DNA from: Candidatus Latescibacterota bacterium
Lineage (GTDB): Bacteria > Latescibacterota > UBA2968
Assembly (NCBI GenBank): GCA_965198115.1
Contig: OZ240241.1
Coordinates: 1,184,001-1,248,000, forward strand
DNA length: 64,000 nucleotides
Direction of reading: 5' to 3'
Both the position numbers and the translations under genes were made by a program. Below the pieces are notes generated by a model. The model had not been told where the DNA came from. It did no database searches and saw nothing but the letters and a program-made list of their open reading frames with translations. Positions 58,710 to 64,000 of the stretch are shown here, piece by piece. How positions within the stretch are numbered: position 1 is the first letter of the stretch; every line of letters starts with the position of its first letter.

Positions 58710-59552
58710 TCACTCGCTCACCTCTTCGGTCTCCGGCAGGACTCTGCTCACGAGCGCCCTCAGGAGATCGCTTCGAGTGATGATGCCGGCCACGGTCGAA
58801 TGACCGTCGAGAATCGGCACGCTCCCAACGTGCTCTTCGACCATCACGCGGGCGATCTGATTAACCGTCGTATCCTCGGACGCGGTCAGGATCCTCGTGT
58901 TCACGAGCTCCGAAACAGTTCGTCCAGTCAGGGGCTTCGCGTCCGCCGTGATCGCGTCGGAAACGGCTTCCCGAAGCAGGTCGCGATCAGAGATCATGCC
59001 CAGAATCCTGGAGTCCTCGTGCGAGGCCACAGGAATATGTCGGACCTTTCGGGTCTGCAAAAACTCCCACGCTTGCGCCAGGGTTGCGCTCTCCCGGAGC
59101 GTGTGAACCGGGGTCGACATCACATCGCGGGCAACCAGATGCGTGGGTTGTGGTTGGAGTTCGACACGGTCCAGGTCCTCGTCGACGGTCGAGCGCGCGA
59201 CATCGACCGTCAACTCGGCCTCGAACGCGTCGTGAGACACGGGTCGTCCAGATTCGAGCAGGTTCAGCCCCGTTCCTTTTTCGGGGTCTTCGAGAATCGC
59301 CAACATGCCGGCCACGATGTGCCGACAGACTCCCGCCCCAGTGTAGGTGCAAGTACAGCTGCTCGCAACGGGACCTTCACTCTCCTCCCAGATTCTGATG
59401 TGGTAGTACTTGGACCGACGGACGTAGGCCTTATAGATCCCCTCTTCGAGCGTCAGATTGTGCACCCTGCCTCGACGAAAATACTCCTCACCACGAGCAA
59501 ACTCGTGTGGATTGGAAAGGGCTCGAACTGACGCGGCAGTAAAGTCAGGCAT
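58710..59552 (-). CDS. SWIM zinc finger fused to a CBS pair
   Basis: RGEEY..G.V, CTC...CRH (SWIM); ARDVMS, RHIPV, GMISDRD, GIITRSD (CBS). Confidence 0.82.
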   Translation of the reverse strand: MPDFTAASVRALSNPHEFARGEEYFRRGRVHNLTLEEGIYKAYVRRSKYYHIRIWEESEGPVASSCTCTYTGAGVCRHIVAGMLAILEDPEKGTGLNLLESGRPVSHDAFEAELTVDVARSTVDEDLDRVELQPQPTHLVARDVMSTPVHTLRESATLAQAWEFLQTRKVRHIPVASHEDSRILGMISDRDLLREAVSDAITADAKPLTGRTVSELVNTRILTASEDTTVNQIARVMVEEHVGSVPILDGHSTVAGIITRSDLLRALVSRVLPETEEVSE

Positions 59553-59677
59553 GCGTTCGGCCCCCTGTCTCATCGTTCACTTTCGGACACCTCCTGGTTC
59601 CGTAACGTGTGTTTCGGAGCCACGAAAGCCCTCCGGTACGCTTCGCATGCTTCGAACGCGCCCCTTGCTTCACGCGG

Positions 59678-62600
59678 TTACCAATCCTTGCGCCAAGTGA
59701 TGAACAGTTTCGATTTCTGGTCCCCTTCGTCATCGAATCCTACGCGCGATTCCAGCGTCAAATCGGGTAAAAGCTCGTACTCCACCGTGAATTCCCGAGC
59801 GTCCGTGCCGATGGGGTCGTCGTAAGATACAAAGATCCGGTCGCTAATGTACTTCCCAACCTGCACACGCGACACGCGAGCCTCACCGGCCATCTCCAAC
59901 TGAACCAGGTCGAGGTTCAGTTGCTCGCCGATGCGCTCCTTGAGCTGGTTAGCCGCCAGGCCCACCACCAACCCCGCGGATTGTTCGCCGAACACGCCCT
60001 GCTGACCCGTGAGAAAGTCGTCGGGCGGGCGCCCGAGGAGAATGTAGGAAAGGATCGTGGCCTGATCCCCGACGGGAGGATCACTTTCCAGGGTGATCTC
60101 GGGCTGAGTGATCGTACCTCCGACGATAACCCGGATCGTCAGGTCTTCGCGATTGGCGGGCAGATCCGCATCCTGAACGATGGGCAGCCGGGTCGCACCC
60201 ACGATCGACACACTGGGGTCGACCGTCCCCGATCCGAGGAAATCGATCTGACCTCGCTCGATGCGGAAGTCCCGGTTCTGGAACCGGTAAGCCCCGCGCA
60301 GACTCGACAGGGATCCAAACAGTCTAACCCCGTCGGAATCGCGAAGCAGGTCCACGTCTCCGTTCAATTCGACGTTCAGGTTCTCGTCACGCACCCAGAC
60401 CTGGTTTTGCGCGACCAGTTGTAACGAACTGATCAGATTCTTGAAAAATGGGACCGTTCTCCACACGCTTTCGGGGTCAGCTGGCGTTTCCAGCATGGAC
60501 AAGAACCGGATCTCGGACTGCAGGAAATTGACGACACCCGAGACAGACGGCGTGTCCACCGAACCGGTCAGTCGCACGTCGGCGTCGACCCTCGCCTGGA
60601 ATTCCGGCAGATTGACCCCCTTGAAGTCGACGGCCCCCAGACCCAGATCGAGGCGACGCACATCGACGAGTGAGTCGGAGACCACAAAATTGAACGGGGT
60701 CAGATCGATGTGGCCTACCGCTTCGATGCGTCCTTCACCGCCGACGGCTACGGCGTGTTCGATCTCGACGCCACGGGGTGAGATCACCAGGCTGGCTGAC
60801 ACATCCGATAGCTTTTGCGCCAAAGCCTTGATCGTCGCGACACCCTCGCTGATCTTCACCGAGCCAGTGCCCGTGGCCTCGCGGGGATTTCCCGAAACGA
60901 GAACGTTCACGTCCGCCGTACCCGCCACCTCGGCCAGCCACGGAACCCAGCCCTCTGCCTGGCTCAAATCGATCCTGCTTCCCTGGACGGCCAGGTCGAT
61001 TTCTCCACGGCTATCGACCGAGCCTGCTTCGAAGGGAATCGAACCCGAGAGTTGGACCACGCCCTCGCCCGACCACGCGTCCAGTTCAATCTTGGCGACC
61101 GGGGAAGCGTAGGCGACTTCCACCTCGACCGAATCGACGAACAGGTCTGCCCACTGGAAATCCCTGACCTCCACCCCCGCGACGAGATCCGCCTCGTTGC
61201 CCCGACCTCCGAAACTTGCCTTGCCCGACACGAGGCCGCCCAACGCCTCGTGCGCTCCATACACGAATGCCCACGGACGCAGGTCGACGTCATCGACAAT
61301 CACGTCGAGCGTCTCCGTGCTGTCGGACCGGCTGCTCGCCAGGAGTGAACCTCCTGGCCCCCCGAACGACAGCCGTTGAATGCGGAGCCCTTCCCCGGGC
61401 GACCAGGTCATGGATCCCGGCCCGTCGTTTGCAACCATCACCTCTCCCGATCGGACGAGCAGGGAATCGACCGTGATCGTCGTGCGTTCGGGGGTTCGAA
61501 GAGCCCCACCCCATAGCTGCAGCCGATCTTCGGATGCGGATGCATTTCCGATCAGAAATGTGAGTTGGCCCCCCTCGTCGACGATATCGGCGTACAGACC
61601 ACGAAGTTCTCTTCCCGCCCACGTCAGAGTGTGGGCACGGAGAGACAGCCCGGCGTGTTCGGTTCGATGGAGACGCAGTCGCGGCCGCACGAGAGGAGCA
61701 CCCAGGAACCTGAGCGTGTCGGTCTCGACAGTGATCTCGAGATCGGGCGACAACCAGGGTCCGAACGCGGTGGCCACGAGTGTGGCCTCCTCTGGGAGTG
61801 AAATCCAATTCGGCACTGGGAATCCGTTCAGGGACCGAATTTCGCCGCGGACGGCCACGTCCCACGACCGGTCGAGGACAAAGCTCCCCGAAGCTTCGTA
61901 GCGCGCGGTCCTCCCCACTGCCAGCATCGTGTCGATTCTCACGTGTTTTCCCGCCAGCTCTACCGTGACGCGAACCGAATCGGCGCCCAGGAGCGGCGAG
62001 GAAGGCTGGAACAGGAGATCGGCCCACCGTGACCTCGCACCCAGCACGCCCCTTGTCTCGTAAATCCGACCGGCGAGACCGATGGAATCGGGACTCACTC
62101 CCTCGTCCCAACCGACAGGACACAAGCTGCCCTCCACTCGAAGGTCGAGGCCCCCTACAGAATCCGAAGCCGCTGGCGTGAGCTGACCAGCGGCGGATAC
62201 GCGGAAGAGGTCGCCCATCCCCGCCCACGCGAGCGACTCCAAATGGCCCCCGCGATCTGTGAAAACCGCTCTCGCGCTCAACGACCCCGCCTCCATCCCC
62301 GCGACTTCCACCGAATCGAGCACAACGGCAGCTGTTGTCTGCCCCGTGTCTAAATGAACCTGTATCCGACCCGTGACCGCCGAGGCTGGACCTTCGAACG
62401 CCGCCAGGTCGAACCGGTCGACGTTTCCTACCAGACGACCAACTCCAGTCGTCGGATCGAACCCGAGCTGCAGGTTGGCGCGCCCCGTCCCATCGGTAAC
62501 GGCTATGGTTCCATCGACGTGATCGTCGGAGTAAGCAATTCGGGCACGCACGGAATCGAGCTGTCCGTTCAAGAAAGAAGCAGGCGCAAGAGTCACCCTC

Positions 62601-63604
62601 GACGAACCCGTCACCCAGCCGCTCGACTCGACCAGCCGAGCTTCCACAGACACGTCACCCCCGAGGGGCACTCCGACCAGGGGGCCCAGGTTGACGTCCC
62701 TCCCCGTCATGCGCACGTTCAAGTCATACGGGTGGTGCCAAATGTTACCCGTAGCCTGGCCCTCTCCTGCCGCTGCCCCAGCCACCCATTCGAAAACGAT
62801 TTCCAGCCGATTCAACGGTCCCGAAAAGGTCCCGCTCACCCAGCCATCGGTCTGAGGCGCATCGATTCCGAAGTAGGTCAGAGGCGATTCGGCCGCTCGC
62901 GAATCGGATCGGGCAGTCATCGTGACGCTCGGCGGAGATCCCCACTCGATCGTGCCATCGACCTGGCACGTCGACTTTACGGTCGAAAGTCGAACCGCGT
63001 CGACCGTAACGCGGTTGTCCTCTCTGAGCAGGATCCCATCCAGGTTGGTGATCTCGATTGGCGGATCGAACACGACCGATCGCATTCGGCGCAGAAGAAG
63101 CCGTGACCGACTGAGGTCGTGTTCGAACCCGAGTGCGATGGCCACATCTCCGGCAATCTCCGATTCATCGATGGAGACAACGCCGTGTTCTATCTCCAGC
63201 GCGTCGATCCTGAACGCGGGAAGGACCGGTAGCGTCAAATCACGATCTCCCCCGGAAACGAGATTGATCTGGGGGCTGATGACGGACAATGAGTCGATGT
63301 ATAGACGGCCAAGGAGCAACCAGCCCGGTCGGTATTGCACCCGCGCTTCGCCCAGCTGGAGCTTCATGCCGTTCGGCGCCACCCACGACACACCGCCGAT
63401 ACGCAGCCTGAACAGCGGATTGCCCTCCAGGCTGCGTATCCGGACCTCCCCACCCCCGAGCCGCTCCGCGCTCTTCTGCAGGAGGTGGCGGATCGGTCGG
63501 TTCAGCCCCCCGAAGATGGCCACGGTCACACACAAGCCCGCCCCCACTGCGAACACGAACAGACCCCAGAGAGCCTTACGACGCTTGGTTCCTCGCTCAG
63601 CCAT
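59678..63604 (-). CDS. tamB: Translocation/assembly module TamB
   Basis: N-terminal anchor, long beta-rich body, DUF490-like end (P.ITLESDPP, LSYILLG, VGKYIS); directly after tamA. Confidence 0.88.
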   Translation of the reverse strand: MAERGTKRRKALWGLFVFAVGAGLCVTVAIFGGLNRPIRHLLQKSAERLGGGEVRIRSLEGNPLFRLRIGGVSWVAPNGMKLQLGEARVQYRPGWLLLGRLYIDSLSVISPQINLVSGGDRDLTLPVLPAFRIDALEIEHGVVSIDESEIAGDVAIALGFEHDLSRSRLLLRRMRSVVFDPPIEITNLDGILLREDNRVTVDAVRLSTVKSTCQVDGTIEWGSPPSVTMTARSDSRAAESPLTYFGIDAPQTDGWVSGTFSGPLNRLEIVFEWVAGAAAGEGQATGNIWHHPYDLNVRMTGRDVNLGPLVGVPLGGDVSVEARLVESSGWVTGSSRVTLAPASFLNGQLDSVRARIAYSDDHVDGTIAVTDGTGRANLQLGFDPTTGVGRLVGNVDRFDLAAFEGPASAVTGRIQVHLDTGQTTAAVVLDSVEVAGMEAGSLSARAVFTDRGGHLESLAWAGMGDLFRVSAAGQLTPAASDSVGGLDLRVEGSLCPVGWDEGVSPDSIGLAGRIYETRGVLGARSRWADLLFQPSSPLLGADSVRVTVELAGKHVRIDTMLAVGRTARYEASGSFVLDRSWDVAVRGEIRSLNGFPVPNWISLPEEATLVATAFGPWLSPDLEITVETDTLRFLGAPLVRPRLRLHRTEHAGLSLRAHTLTWAGRELRGLYADIVDEGGQLTFLIGNASASEDRLQLWGGALRTPERTTITVDSLLVRSGEVMVANDGPGSMTWSPGEGLRIQRLSFGGPGGSLLASSRSDSTETLDVIVDDVDLRPWAFVYGAHEALGGLVSGKASFGGRGNEADLVAGVEVRDFQWADLFVDSVEVEVAYASPVAKIELDAWSGEGVVQLSGSIPFEAGSVDSRGEIDLAVQGSRIDLSQAEGWVPWLAEVAGTADVNVLVSGNPREATGTGSVKISEGVATIKALAQKLSDVSASLVISPRGVEIEHAVAVGGEGRIEAVGHIDLTPFNFVVSDSLVDVRRLDLGLGAVDFKGVNLPEFQARVDADVRLTGSVDTPSVSGVVNFLQSEIRFLSMLETPADPESVWRTVPFFKNLISSLQLVAQNQVWVRDENLNVELNGDVDLLRDSDGVRLFGSLSSLRGAYRFQNRDFRIERGQIDFLGSGTVDPSVSIVGATRLPIVQDADLPANREDLTIRVIVGGTITQPEITLESDPPVGDQATILSYILLGRPPDDFLTGQQGVFGEQSAGLVVGLAANQLKERIGEQLNLDLVQLEMAGEARVSRVQVGKYISDRIFVSYDDPIGTDAREFTVEYELLPDLTLESRVGFDDEGDQKSKLFITWRKDW

Positions 63605-64000
63605 CAGAACGCCTGGCCCAGACTCAGATGAACTTGATGACGGGACACGAACGAATCCTCGCTCAGTCGTCGAGCCACATCCAGGCGAATCGGTCCAACA
63701 GGACTCAGGTATCGCAACCCAGCGCCGATCGCCCACTTCAGCGTGGCCAGATTGAACGCATCGAGCTCAGCGTCGACTGTCCCCGCGTCGACAAAAACGG
63801 CTGCTCCCAGGTAGCGTCCGAACCTGGCTCGAAGCTCGACACTGCCCTCCAGGCGACTCTTTCCACCAATGACGGCCCCTGCCCCATCGCGCGGCCCCAG
63901 CTCTTCGAATCCCCAGCCACGAACGCTGCTCAGGCCACCTCCGAAGTAACGTTCGATGTTCGGGATATCACCCGACTGACTGAGGTCGAAGAGCGCGCCT
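63604..64000 (-). CDS. tamA: Omp85 family (TamA/BamA) protein, 3' part only
   Basis: Not in the ORF track. Hand translation gives ERYFGGGLSSVRGW...FVDAG...GLRYLSPVGPIRLDVA...HLSLGQAF*, with a TGATG overlap into tamB. Confidence 0.9.
   Translation of the reverse strand, partial: GALFDLSQSGDIPNIERYFGGGLSSVRGWGFEELGPRDGAGAVIGGKSRLEGSVELRARFGRYLGAAVFVDAGTVDAELDAFNLATLKWAIGAGLRYLSPVGPIRLDVARRLSEDSFVSRHQVHLSLGQAF

Overview
GC-rich bacterial chromosomal window, mostly metabolic and envelope genes. Two proteins end in a DxDGDGxVGFxDFLxFA EF-hand/dockerin-like tail, which suggests a Latescibacterota-like host; this is inference. Three IS elements are present: an IS1595 with intact ends, an 8-bp TSD and a passenger membrane gene; an ISL3 that splits a response regulator; and an IS200-type element just upstream of arsS. 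Notable clusters are (i) an arsenosugar-type locus (disulfide oxidoreductase, TVP38/DedA, DUF547, pgi-like, arsS, arsM) followed by a decayed multiheme cytochrome c; (ii) an rsbW-hpf-hprK-TPR-REC-lysC-pfk/galK run; (iii) a glucan-synthase-like/galT envelope cluster; (iv) an operon encoding a di-heme DUF1111 lipoprotein, a Tat Rieske protein, a porin and a TroA-like protein, with a SirR/DtxR-like box and a DtxR-family regulator on each side; (v) sugar-acid catabolism genes; and (vi) tamA-tamB. Several long genes have single-base frameshifts in short homopolymers, which may be sequencing errors. All calls come from reading motifs by eye; no searches were run.
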